DNA of 64,000 nucleotides from Polyangiales bacterium (GTDB lineage: Bacteria; Myxococcota_A; Polyangia; Polyangiales; Ga0077539): NCBI GenBank assembly GCA_044229975.1, contig JBGARZ010000003.1, forward strand, positions 512,001 through 576,000, read 5' to 3'. Below, one piece after another: positions 38,513-49,601 of this stretch (positions within the stretch are counted from its first letter, which is position 1; each line of letters starts with the position of its first letter). The translations under genes and the position numbers were made by a program. Below the pieces are notes generated by a model, which was not told the origin of the DNA, ran no database searches, and was given only the letters and a program-made list of their open reading frames with translations.

Positions 38513-39442
38513 TCAGCTCCCGCGATGCGCCGTGGGTTCGGCCGCGCTCGCGGTGTGCGCCCGCACCGTCACCCGCTCGGGGTGTCGATCGCTCTCCAGG
38601 TGCACCTCCGACGGCTCCAGCCCGCGGCGGTGCAGCTCACCCAGCACCACCCGCAGTCGCGACAGCTTCGATCGGTATGGTCCGCGTCCCAGCCAGATGT
38701 ACGTGCCGCCGAGCATCACCGAGAGGTCGCCCGTCTCGTCGTGATGCACCTCCTGCAAGCGCGACGACGACCCCAGCTGCGCGCTCTCCAGGTCGCCCAT
38801 CAACGCCAGCGCGTCGCGCACCTCCTGCCGCGCACCATCGGGGCGCTCGCGAAACAGCTCCCGCGAGAGACCCGTCACCACCGGCAGGTCGACCGGGTCG
38901 CCCGGCTCCGCCCGCTTGAACAACGTGCCATCCGCGCTCGCGAGATACAGCCCACCGGCCGCGACCAGCGCCGCGGGCGTGCGCTCCTCGACCACCACGC
39001 GGACGGTGTCCGGGAGCTGCCGGGTCACCGTCGCGCGCGCCACCCAGGGGAGGCGCTCGATGAGGCGGGCGGTGCGTTCGAGGTCGACCGCGAGCACGTT
39101 GCTGCCGGGCGCGAGGTGGGCGGCGGAGAGCACCTCGTCGCGGGTCGTGTGGGCGTTGCCGCTGACGTCGAGCGTGCGCGCCCCGAGGCGCGGCGTATGG
39201 GTGAGCCAGCGGTGCCCGTAGCGACCGGCGACGACGGTTCCGGCGAGGAGGGCCAGTACCGGGACGACCGAGAGGGTCTGCCCGAGGCGGGCGAAGCGCT
39301 GCGACCACGGCACCGACGGGGTCTTCGGCCGGGCCTTCGGCGCACGCTCCACGGGCGCAGGCGGCGGGGGCGGCGCCACGGACTCACGACGAACGCGGAG
39401 GTTCTGCGGGCGCCCAGGCGGGTCGTCGTGGGTGGCGGCCAT
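38513..39442 (-). CDS. ftsQ: Cell division protein FtsQ/DivIB
   Basis: One TM, then POTRA (VSGN..EVL, LPWVARATVTRQLPDTVRVVVEER), DLPVVTG. Confidence 0.9.
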   Translation of the reverse strand: MAATHDDPPGRPQNLRVRRESVAPPPPPAPVERAPKARPKTPSVPWSQRFARLGQTLSVVPVLALLAGTVVAGRYGHRWLTHTPRLGARTLDVSGNAHTTRDEVLSAAHLAPGSNVLAVDLERTARLIERLPWVARATVTRQLPDTVRVVVEERTPAALVAAGGLYLASADGTLFKRAEPGDPVDLPVVTGLSRELFRERPDGARQEVRDALALMGDLESAQLGSSSRLQEVHHDETGDLSVMLGGTYIWLGRGPYRSKLSRLRVVLGELHRRGLEPSEVHLESDRHPERVTVRAHTASAAEPTAHRGS

Positions 39443-39513
39443 CGTTGGATCGCATACCACCAGCGCCCACCCCTACCGGAAGTTGTCGGCAGCGGTCTCG
39501 CTACGACGCACTT

Positions 39514-40257
39514 CTACTGCCGGTCGCGCTCGACCTCGGAGACGAGCTGCGTGGCGCCCGCGACGCCCAGCGGCAGCACCAGCAGGCCGACCCCGGGGAC
39601 CAGCAGCAGCACCGCCGCGCTGGCCCCGAAGCCCAGCACCGCGCGGAAGTTGGCGCGCATCCAGCGCACCCGCTCACGCACCCGCATCGCCCGGAGACCG
39701 AAGGGGTAGTCGAGCAGGTCCCACGCCACGAGCAGCGATCCGAGGACGAACTTCAGCGGCACCGTCACGAACACCGCGAACGGCACCACCATCCCGATCA
39801 CCAGCAGCAACGCGAAGATCGGGAGGCTCACCGCGAGGCCCGCGAGCGTGACCCGCAGCCCCCGCCACGTCGTCTCCCACCAGGCACCGTCCGGGCGGTC
39901 GACGCCGCCGAGCGAGACGTCGATGCGCCGCGAGATCTGGTCGAGTGCGAAGCCTGCCGCGGGTTGTGCGAGCGAGAGACCCAGCAGCACCCCGATGCCC
40001 ACCGCGCCGATGCCCACCGCGAGGGTCTCCAACGCACCGACGATCTGCCAGCCGAGGGCGTCTCGCGCCCGCAGCGGCGCCGAGATGCGCAGGGCCGCCC
40101 AGACGCCCGCGCCCCCGCACACCGTCACGATGACCATGGCGAAGAGCGCCGGGACCATCGCGTAGGGCCACTGCTTCGGGTCGGTGATGAGCCAGCGGGC
40201 GCCGCGGACGAAGCTGCGCGCGCCGAGGAGGAGGGAGGGTGGTCGTTGGGCCAGCAC
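39514..40257 (-). CDS. EI24/CysZ-like membrane protein
   Basis: AQPAAGFALDQISRR, AWDLLDYP, LGFG..LVPGVGLLVLPLGVAGAT. Confidence 0.75.
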   Translation of the reverse strand: MLAQRPPSLLLGARSFVRGARWLITDPKQWPYAMVPALFAMVIVTVCGGAGVWAALRISAPLRARDALGWQIVGALETLAVGIGAVGIGVLLGLSLAQPAAGFALDQISRRIDVSLGGVDRPDGAWWETTWRGLRVTLAGLAVSLPIFALLLVIGMVVPFAVFVTVPLKFVLGSLLVAWDLLDYPFGLRAMRVRERVRWMRANFRAVLGFGASAAVLLLVPGVGLLVLPLGVAGATQLVSEVERDRQ

Positions 40258-40298
40258 GGTCCGGGACTCTATGCCCTCTGGGGCCGCGAGGGCGACGG

Positions 40299-42224
40299 TC
40301 AGCCCGCGCCAAGCCGCTGCTGCACGAACGCGCGAAGCGTCGTGAAGGAGATGGGCTTCTCCAGACAGGTGTTGGGAATCGACGCGAGAAACTCCAGCTC
40401 CCGCACGCTCTGCGCCCCGCCCGACAGAAACACCACGCGCGCCGCGACGTCGGGGCGCTCGCGGAGGAGGCGCTCGTACAGCTCCATGCCCGTCATGTGC
40501 GGCATGATCACGTCGCTGAAGATCATGTCGAAGCGCTCTCCTCGCTCCAGCAGCGCGAGCGCCTCGGCGGCGCCCTCCAACGCGACGACGTCGTGATCGC
40601 CCAGCACGCGCTTCAACGTGCGCAGCACCATGGGCTCGTCGTCGACCAGCAGGATGCGGCCGCGCCGCGGGGCGACGACGGGGGCGGGCGTGGGTGCCTC
40701 GTCCGTCCTCTTGGGCTGCGCCGCCGGGAGAAACAGGCGGAAGACCGACCCCCGACCGAGCTCGCTCTCGGCCTCGATGTGTCCGCCGACGGAGGTGGCG
40801 ATGCCGTGACAGATGGCGAGCCCCAGCCCCGTCCCAACGCCCACCTCCCTCGTCGTGAAGAACGGGTCGAAGACCTGCTTCAATACCTCGGGGGTCATCC
40901 CCGCGCCGGTGTCGCGCACCTCGATCACCACGGCGTCACCCTCGGCGCGCGCCCGCACGGAGACCTCATTGTCGTCGAAGTGCCCGGAGGCGATGGCGTG
41001 GCCGGCGTTGACCATGAGGTTCACCAGGATCTGCCCGAGGCGCGTCTCGTCGACCTTCACCCGCGGCAGCGCGGCGGGAATGTCGGTGACGACCCGCGCC
41101 CGGTGACGAAGCTCGTGCTCCGTCGAGCGCACCACCCAGTGCACGGCGCGCGCGACGTCGGACTCCGTCGGCGACGGAACCGCGGGGCGAGCGAAGAGCC
41201 GGAGGTCCGACACGATGCGGGCGATGCGTTTGGCCGCGGGCTCGATCTCGCCTTGCGCGCCCAGCAGCTCGTCGAAGCGCGCGAGCTCGGTCGCGCCCCC
41301 GCCGAGGCGGGCGAAGTGGGCGCGCAGGTCTCGCAGCTCGGACTCGACGTAGGCCGCGTTGGCGACCACCACCGCGAGGGGGTTGTTGACCTCGTGCGCC
41401 ACGCCGGCGGCGAGGGTTCCCAGCGACGCGAGGCGGTCGGAGACCTCCAGGCGCTTCTGGAGCGACCGCTGCTCGGTGACGTCGCGAAAGACCATGACAG
41501 CCCCGAGCAGCTCGTCCCGGTCGACGACCATGGTCGCGCTGTCCGAGATGATGCGATCGGTCTTGGTCGGGTGAGCGAGCGAAGCCTCCTCGATGGTGAG
41601 GTTGCGCCGTTGTACCAGCACCTCGTCGAGGGGCGAGCGGGGTACGTCGGGCGTTTGCAGCCGAACGATCTCCCGCGCCGGGTGGCCGAGCGCCTCGGTC
41701 GACGCGACGCCGACCAGCGCCTCGGCCGCGGGGTTGATGAAGGTGACCCGGCCCGACAGATCGACGGCGATCACCGCGTCGCCGATGGACCGCAGCGTCG
41801 TCGAGAACCACCGCTCGCGCTCGCGCAGCAGCCGCTCCATCCCGTGGCGGTAGATGGAGACCTCGATCGCGCTCCGCAGCTCCGCCGGCTTGATGGGCTT
41901 CATCAGGTAGCCGGAGGGCTCGGTCTTCTTGGCGCGCTCGACGGTCGCCTCGTCGGCGTGCGCGGTGAGGTAGATTACCGGCACGCCGAAGCGCTCACGG
42001 AGCAGCCCCGCCGTCTCCACGCCGTCCTGGCTGCCCTTGATGCGGATGTCCATCAGCACGAGGTCGGGGCAGCGCTCGGACGCCCGGTTCAACGCGTCCG
42101 TCGCGTTGGAGGCGATGGCGAAGGCGTCGTAGCCCATCTCCAGCAGCGTCTGCTGGAGGTCCATGGCGAAGATGCCCTCGTCCTCGACGATGAGCACGGA
42201 GTGGGGGCGGTCGCGCGTCGTCAT
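40299..42224 (-). CDS. Hybrid sensor kinase REC-PAS-HisKA-HATPase-REC
   Basis: LIVEDE..LVLMDI; LRSIGDAVI..FINPAAE; AHEVNNPL; NLMVNA, DTGAGM, FDPFFTT, GTGLGL; C-terminal LLVDDE..FSDVIMP. Confidence 0.95.
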   Translation of the reverse strand: MTTRDRPHSVLIVEDEGIFAMDLQQTLLEMGYDAFAIASNATDALNRASERCPDLVLMDIRIKGSQDGVETAGLLRERFGVPVIYLTAHADEATVERAKKTEPSGYLMKPIKPAELRSAIEVSIYRHGMERLLRERERWFSTTLRSIGDAVIAVDLSGRVTFINPAAEALVGVASTEALGHPAREIVRLQTPDVPRSPLDEVLVQRRNLTIEEASLAHPTKTDRIISDSATMVVDRDELLGAVMVFRDVTEQRSLQKRLEVSDRLASLGTLAAGVAHEVNNPLAVVVANAAYVESELRDLRAHFARLGGGATELARFDELLGAQGEIEPAAKRIARIVSDLRLFARPAVPSPTESDVARAVHWVVRSTEHELRHRARVVTDIPAALPRVKVDETRLGQILVNLMVNAGHAIASGHFDDNEVSVRARAEGDAVVIEVRDTGAGMTPEVLKQVFDPFFTTREVGVGTGLGLAICHGIATSVGGHIEAESELGRGSVFRLFLPAAQPKRTDEAPTPAPVVAPRRGRILLVDDEPMVLRTLKRVLGDHDVVALEGAAEALALLERGERFDMIFSDVIMPHMTGMELYERLLRERPDVAARVVFLSGGAQSVRELEFLASIPNTCLEKPISFTTLRAFVQQRLGAG

Positions 42225-43294
42225 CGGTCTCCCTCGAAGATCAGCTGGAAGGTGGTCCCGAGCCCGCGCGTGACCGCGAGCTCGGCGCCGAGCTGCGTGG
42301 CGAGCGTCCGCACCAATTGCATGCCCATGGAGGTGGTGCGGTTGAGGTCGAAGCCGACGGGCAGGCCGATGCCGTCGTCGCTCACGGTGAGCCGGAGGCG
42401 CTGCCCGTCGTGTCGGCCGAGCGCCACGCGGAGGGCGCCGCGGCGCCCGTCGGGGAAGGCGTGCTTCAGGGCGTTGGTGAGGAGCTCGTTGATGACCAGG
42501 CCGCACGGAATCGCCCGGTCGATGCCGAGGCCCACATCGTCGATCGCGAGCTCCAGCGACACGCCCGAGGCCCCGACGGCGTGCACGACGCTCGCCGCAA
42601 GGCTGCGGACGTACTGGTCGAGGCGCACCTGGGCGTAGTTCTTCTCGCCGTAGAGCTGCTCGTGGATGAGGGCGATGGTGAGCACGCGGGTCTGGCACTC
42701 GACGAGGGCGTCGCGGCTCGTGCCGGGCTCCAGGCGGCGCACCTGCATGTTGATGAGGCTGGAGATCACCTGGAGGTTGTTCTTGACGCGGTGGTGGATC
42801 TCCTGGAGCAGCACCTCGCGCTCCTTGAGGTGCTGGGTGAGCAGCACCTCGCGGGCGCGGAGTTCTTCCTCCTGATGGCGACGCTCGGTGACGTCGCGGG
42901 TCACCTTGGCGAAGCCACCGATGCTCCCGTCGGCCTCGCGCACCGCGGTGACGAGCACGTTTGCCCAGAACCGCGTCCCATCCTTCCGCACCCGCCATCC
43001 CTCCTCCGCGTAGCGACCGTGCACGCGGGCGTGGGCGAGCTCCTCGGCGGGGTGGTCGCGGGCGATGTCTTCGGGCGTGTAGAAGAGCGCGAAGCTGCGC
43101 CCGATGACCTCTGCCGCCGCCTATCCCTTGAGGCGTTGCGCACCCGAGTTCCAGGTCACGATGAGCCCGTCGGGGTCGAGCATGAAGATCGCGTAGTCCT
43201 GCACCGCCTCGACGAAGATGCGGAGGCGCTCCTCGCCCCGGGAGGGAGTCAGGGCGGCGCGAGGCAACCGGCGGGCGGGGCGGCGTAGGCGCAT
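42221..43294 (-). pseudogene. PAS + HisKA_2 histidine kinase interrupted by an in-frame TAG at 43121..43123
   Basis: VQDYAIFMLDPDG..WNSGAQRLKG*AAAEVIGRSFALFY..GWRVRKDGTRFWA continues in frame; EIHHRVKNNLQ, NELLTNALKHAF, DDGIGLP. Confidence 0.85.
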
Positions 43295-43314
43295 CGTGTC
43301 ATCGGGACGCCGCG

Positions 43315-44706
<1,392 letters not shown>

Positions 44707-44806
44707 AGGGGCGCGGGTGTAAGCCCAAACGCAGCGCGAGCGAAAGCGCGGATGGTCACGAGAGCCCCAGTTGCGGCCGGAGCCCTCGCGGGGGTGCAAT
44801 CACGCG

Positions 44807-45880
44807 ATGGGTGCCTGGAAGCTTGGACTACTGGTCGTGGCGTTGGGTTGCGCCACCGAGGAGACGGCCGCGGTCAAGGTGATCGACGTCGACGCGGGCT
44901 CACCCCACGGCGACACCGGGTCGCGCGGCGACGGCGCGACGGCGACGCCGACGGACGCGGGGCGCATGGACGCCGGGCGCCCGACGGGCGACGCGGCGAC
45001 GGGGACGGACTCCACCACCGGGAGCGATGTGCGTGCGGGGACCGATCGGCCGACGACGCTGCCCGACGGCGCGTTGATCGAGCTGTGCGACAACGGCGAC
45101 GACGACGACCGCGACGGGATGATCGACGAGGGCTGCGCCTGCGCGCCGGGGATGATGCAGTCGTGCATGCCGGGCGACCCGACGCGGGCGGGCGTGGGCG
45201 CCTGCCACCGGGGGACGCAGCGCTGCGAGGGCCTCGGGGAGTTCGGGATGTGGGGCGCGTGCACGGGCGCGGGGGTGCCGACGCCCGAGGCGTGCAACGG
45301 CATCGACGACGACTGCGACGGGCGCGTCGACGAGGAGTGCACGCCGTGCATCGACACGCCGGGCAGCAGCACGCCGTGGCAGATGCACCTGGGCGCGGGG
45401 CCGTCGTGCTTCGGGCGCACCTTCGACTCCAACGGCGACACGGGGGAGTACGCGTTCGCGTCGATTCCGCCGGAGGCTGATCCGGGGTGGCGCGAGCACG
45501 CGTCGGACACCATCTCCTTCGACGATCCGTCGACCCTGTGCGACGTGTGCGAGTGCCGCGCGGGCGGGGACTTCACGTACTTCCAGACGACGTTCTACGT
45601 ACCCGCGGCGGCGACGGTGACGAGCCTGCGGGTGGCCATCGGGACGGTCGATGATGGGGTGAGCGTGACCGTCTACAACAGCATGTACCCGGCGGGCATC
45701 GTCGACCCGGGGGCGTACGCGTTCCTGGGCGGAGGGAGCACGGCCGACCTCGCGCGGTACATCATCCCGGGGCGCAACCGGGTGGTGCTGACGCACGTCG
45801 ACGACTGCTGCTCGGTGCGGGCCATCCGCGGGGCGACCATCACGCTCAACGGGATGACCCTGAACCGCTGCGCGATGTGA
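44807..45880 (+). CDS. Lipoprotein with myxobacterial Cys/Asp metal-binding repeats
   Basis: ALGC lipobox; ELCDNGDDDDRDGMIDEGC and EACNGIDDDCDGRVDE repeats; C-terminal beta domain with DDG. Confidence 0.75.
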   Translation: MGAWKLGLLVVALGCATEETAAVKVIDVDAGSPHGDTGSRGDGATATPTDAGRMDAGRPTGDAATGTDSTTGSDVRAGTDRPTTLPDGALIELCDNGDDDDRDGMIDEGCACAPGMMQSCMPGDPTRAGVGACHRGTQRCEGLGEFGMWGACTGAGVPTPEACNGIDDDCDGRVDEECTPCIDTPGSSTPWQMHLGAGPSCFGRTFDSNGDTGEYAFASIPPEADPGWREHASDTISFDDPSTLCDVCECRAGGDFTYFQTTFYVPAAATVTSLRVAIGTVDDGVSVTVYNSMYPAGIVDPGAYAFLGGGSTADLARYIIPGRNRVVLTHVDDCCSVRAIRGATITLNGMTLNRCAM

Positions 45881-46470
45881 GCGCCGTGCGCCTGCTCGCG
45901 GCGACGCTGTTCGTGGGGTGCGCGTCGACGGTGTCGACGTCGGACGCGAGCGTCGACGCGACGGCGGCGGACGCGATGGTGTGCGTGCCCGCGCGAACGT
46001 GCTCGGCGGCGGCCTTGCCGGAGGTGAGCGCCGCGGCCTGCTACGCGCCGGGCGGTGTCGCTCTGACGCCGGCGAGCGTCTCACTCTCGTTCTGTCGCTG
46101 CCTCCACGGCTTCGGCCCTGGCGTCGAAGGAACCCTCGCCGTCTCGCTCGCCAACCAGACCACTCGCGCGATCGAGGTCGGCCTCGACCCGACGCTCACG
46201 CTCACCGCGGTCGCCGACGGACAGCCCGTCCCGCTCGGCGCCTGCTGCACGGTACACATCGCACGCAGCTACTCCTGCGAGGGCGACCCGATGCCGTGGC
46301 GGGGCCACGTCGATCCGGCGCGCACCGAGCGCCTCCGCGTAGACGTGCATATCGATGCGCCCGAGAGGCCGCCGGGCCGCTACCGGGTCAGGCTCACGGT
46401 CTCCATCGATGGAACGCCTCGCGTCATCGACATGGGCGAGGCCGATTTGGGTCTCGCGCCGACGCCCTGA
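45877..46470 (+). CDS. Hypothetical lipoprotein
   Basis: LFVGC lipobox; GTGA overlap with upstream gene. Confidence 0.6.
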   Translation: MSAVRLLAATLFVGCASTVSTSDASVDATAADAMVCVPARTCSAAALPEVSAAACYAPGGVALTPASVSLSFCRCLHGFGPGVEGTLAVSLANQTTRAIEVGLDPTLTLTAVADGQPVPLGACCTVHIARSYSCEGDPMPWRGHVDPARTERLRVDVHIDAPERPPGRYRVRLTVSIDGTPRVIDMGEADLGLAPTP

Positions 46471-46534
46471 AAGCGCGACCTCGCTCACATCCCTGCGACC
46501 CTTGCGGCCGCTCTTCCCGAAGCACCCTCGCCCG

Positions 46535-47698
46535 CTACTTCAGCGCGTCGAGGATCTTCATCAACGACGCGCGCACCGCGGGGATGAACCCGCCGATGAC
46601 GCCCATCACGCCCGCGAAGACCAGCGAGGCCAGGAGAATCCCCGGCGTCGGCGCGAACTCGAACGAGATCTCCGCGAAGCTGGAGAAGTTCACGATGCTC
46701 AGCCGCGCGAACTTCATCAGCGTCGCCGCGGCGGCCCCGATGACGCCGCCCACCAGCGAGAGCACCACGCTCTCGAACATGAACGCCGCCATGATGCTCA
46801 GCCGCGAGAAGCCGAGCGCGCGCAGCGTCCCGATCTCCCGCTGACGCGCCGCCACGGCGGCGTGCATGGTGATCATCGCCCCGATGATCGCGCCGAAGGA
46901 GAAGAACACCGCGACCAGCATGCCGATGGCCGTGATGAAGGTGCTCGTGCCCTGCGACTGCTCCTCGTACCAGGTCGACTCGCGCTTCACGTCGACGCCG
47001 AGCTGACGGTTGGACTCCAGCGAGGTGCGCAGCGCGTCGAAGCCCGCGGCGCTGTTGAGCCGCACCCGCACCGAAGACACCGAGTTCGAGCGGCCGAAGA
47101 CCGAGCGCAGCACGTCGCGGTCGGCCCACACCTCGCTCTCGTACGACGAGCCGCCGTCGGAGATGACGCCCACCACCGTGAGGCGACGGTTCTTCTTCAC
47201 CTCGAAGGACTGCCCCAGGTCGAGGCCGCGGAAGCGCCCACGAATGGACGCGCCGACCATGCACTCGTCGGTGCCCGCCCTCGCCGCTCGCCCCGCGATC
47301 ACCCTCACGTTGGGGCGAAACGCGAACACGTCGTCGTTCACCCCGCGCACGCTGACGTTGGAGACACCGTCGGTGCCGAGCTTGTCGAGGATGATGACCA
47401 CCACCGTCTCGGACACCGCGTCGGGTCGCCCGTCGGCGCGCCTCCGGACGCCCGCGGCGTTCATCACGAGGCCGGCGCTCGGGAGGTCGAGGTCGCTGGA
47501 GATCTCGGCGTCGGCGCCGTCGCGCACCACCACGGCGACGTCGTCGGAGCCGGAGCGACCGAGCGTCTTCTTGATGCCGTTGGAGAGCATCAGCACCGAC
47601 GCGAACACGAACACCACCAGCCCGATGCCCGTCGCCGTCGCCACGGTCGTCGTGGTGCGGACCCGGAGGTTGCGGACGCTGTACGAGAGCGGAACCAT
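46535..47698 (-). CDS. ABC exporter permease (MacB/FtsX family)
   Basis: RQREIGTLRALGF, FESVVL, GFIPAVRAS. Confidence 0.92.
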   Translation of the reverse strand: MVPLSYSVRNLRVRTTTTVATATGIGLVVFVFASVLMLSNGIKKTLGRSGSDDVAVVVRDGADAEISSDLDLPSAGLVMNAAGVRRRADGRPDAVSETVVVIILDKLGTDGVSNVSVRGVNDDVFAFRPNVRVIAGRAARAGTDECMVGASIRGRFRGLDLGQSFEVKKNRRLTVVGVISDGGSSYESEVWADRDVLRSVFGRSNSVSSVRVRLNSAAGFDALRTSLESNRQLGVDVKRESTWYEEQSQGTSTFITAIGMLVAVFFSFGAIIGAMITMHAAVAARQREIGTLRALGFSRLSIMAAFMFESVVLSLVGGVIGAAAATLMKFARLSIVNFSSFAEISFEFAPTPGILLASLVFAGVMGVIGGFIPAVRASLMKILDALK

Positions 47699-47715
47699 CG
47701 CGACCTCTCCTTCCT

Positions 47716-48882
47716 TCAGTCCAGGCGCCGCAGCGCCTCGGTGACCTCAAGCTTCGAGGCCCGCCACGCCGGAATGGCCGACGACAGCAGCCCCAGCGCC
47801 ACCGACATCCCCACCGCCTGCACGATGGTCGTCGGGTCGATGCGGAAGTACGGCATCATGGCGCCCTGGTTCTCCTCGATCCATCGGCCGAGGAGGCGCT
47901 CGACGAAGGGGTACGACAGCAGCACGCCCGCGACGCCCGCGAAGGCCCCGAGCGTGCACGCCTCCAGCACGATGAAGGCCGCGACGTGCTTCGGCAGGAA
48001 GCCCAGCGCGCGGAGCGTCCCGTACTCCTGGGTGCGCTCGCGCACGCCCATCGCGACGGTGTTGCCCAGCAGCAGCCCGAGGATGCCGAGGATCACCAGG
48101 GAGATCACGTTGATGGCCGTGAACATCCCCGACATCATCCCCATGAACGAGAGGTTCATCGCCCGCTCGCTCATCGACGTGGTCTGCGTGTCCTGCACGT
48201 CGAACACCCGGTCGATGGCCTGCGAGATGGCCGCCGCGCGGGACGGCCGGTCGATGCGCGCGATGATCCACCCGATGCGATCGCGCCGCCCGACGGGCAC
48301 CGAGTCGTTGAGGTAGCGGTAGTGGAAGATGAACTGCGAGCGGTCGACCGAGCGCCGCGTCGCTTGATAGATGCCGTCGACGGTGAACTCCCAGTCGCCG
48401 GGGTAGATCGTCCCGCGCAGCGTGACGCGGTCGCCGACGTGCCAGTTCATCTTGCGGGCGAGGACGTCGCCGACGATCGCGCCGCGGCGGTCTTCGCGCC
48501 AGCGGGTGAGCGCCGCCGGCTCGACGCGCATCTCGTCGTAGACCTCGAAGAAGGTGCCCGAGTCGACGGCCATCGAGGCGAAGAACTCGTTGGGGTGCGT
48601 CGGGCTCTTGGCGCCGAACCAGTTGGCCCACGTCGCCGTGCGAACGCCGTCGACCTGCCGCACCTGATCGGCGTAGCGCAGCGGCAGGTCGAGCACGAAG
48701 GACACCTTGTGGCGCGTGGCCACGCGGTCGGCCGACGCAGCGTCGACGGAGATGCTCGTCGACGTGATGACCGTCCGCAGCAGGATGAACGCCACCACCG
48801 CCACCGCCACGCCCGTGACCGTCATCACGGCGCGGAAGCGGTTGCGCCACACGTTGCGGGCGGCGATGGAGGCGAGGTTCAT
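47716..48882 (-). CDS. ABC exporter permease (MacB/FtsX family)
   Basis: ARNVWRNRFR, VRERTQEYGTLRALGF, IPAWRAS. Confidence 0.92.
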   Translation of the reverse strand: MNLASIAARNVWRNRFRAVMTVTGVAVAVVAFILLRTVITSTSISVDAASADRVATRHKVSFVLDLPLRYADQVRQVDGVRTATWANWFGAKSPTHPNEFFASMAVDSGTFFEVYDEMRVEPAALTRWREDRRGAIVGDVLARKMNWHVGDRVTLRGTIYPGDWEFTVDGIYQATRRSVDRSQFIFHYRYLNDSVPVGRRDRIGWIIARIDRPSRAAAISQAIDRVFDVQDTQTTSMSERAMNLSFMGMMSGMFTAINVISLVILGILGLLLGNTVAMGVRERTQEYGTLRALGFLPKHVAAFIVLEACTLGAFAGVAGVLLSYPFVERLLGRWIEENQGAMMPYFRIDPTTIVQAVGMSVALGLLSSAIPAWRASKLEVTEALRRLD

Positions 48883-49601
48883 TGGAGCGTCCCCTTGTCC
48901 ATGCGCCGGATGATGGCCGCCCGCTCGGCCGCCGCGGGGTCGTGGGTGACCATCACGATGGTCTTCTTCATCTCGGTGTTGAGCTTCACCAGCAGGTCGA
49001 GAATCGCGTCAGCGCTCTTGCGATCGAGGTCACCCGTCGGCTCGTCGGCCACCAGGATGTTGGGGTCGTTGACGATGGCCCTCGCGATGGCGACGCGCTG
49101 CTCCTGCCCACCCGAGAGCTGTCGGGGGTAGTGCCCGACGCGGTCTTCGAGGCCGACCACGCGCAGCGCGATGAGGGCGCGCTTCTTCCGCTCGGCGCTC
49201 GACAGCTTCGTGAGCAGCAGCGGGAGCTCGACGTTTTCCGCGGCGTTGAGCACCGGCATGAGGTTGTACGACTGGAAGACGAAGCCGAGGTTGCGCGCGC
49301 GGAAGGCGGCGAGCTGCGCGTCGCTCATCCCGCTGAGCTTGTTGCCCGCGACGGTGACCTGCCCCGAGGTCGCGCGGTCGAGGCCCGCGATGAGGTGCAG
49401 CAGCGTGCTCTTGCCCGATCCCGACGGGCCCATGAGCGCGACGAAGCTCCCGCCTGGAATCTCCATGTCGAGCCCATCGAGCACGGTGAGCGCCTCGCCC
49501 CCGCGGTGAAAGGTCTTCACCACCCGCTGGAGGCTCACGATCGCCTCTTCCTTCGGGGGCGTGCGGTAGGCGCCCTTGTCGGCCTCGTCACTCGTCGTCA
49601 T
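48879..49601 (-). CDS. ABC transporter ATP-binding protein (LolD/MacB-like)
   Basis: GPSGSGKST Walker A, LSGGQEQRVAIARA, ADEPTGDLD, VTHD. Confidence 0.96.
   Translation of the reverse strand: MTTSDEADKGAYRTPPKEEAIVSLQRVVKTFHRGGEALTVLDGLDMEIPGGSFVALMGPSGSGKSTLLHLIAGLDRATSGQVTVAGNKLSGMSDAQLAAFRARNLGFVFQSYNLMPVLNAAENVELPLLLTKLSSAERKKRALIALRVVGLEDRVGHYPRQLSGGQEQRVAIARAIVNDPNILVADEPTGDLDRKSADAILDLLVKLNTEMKKTIVMVTHDPAAAERAAIIRRMDKGTLQ

Noticed and set aside
43121..43123. Pyrrolysine or genome-wide TAG recoding
   Set aside because: TAG is used as a normal stop in other genes here (for example epmA and the DUF4388 protein), and the position corresponds to Tyr, one substitution away.
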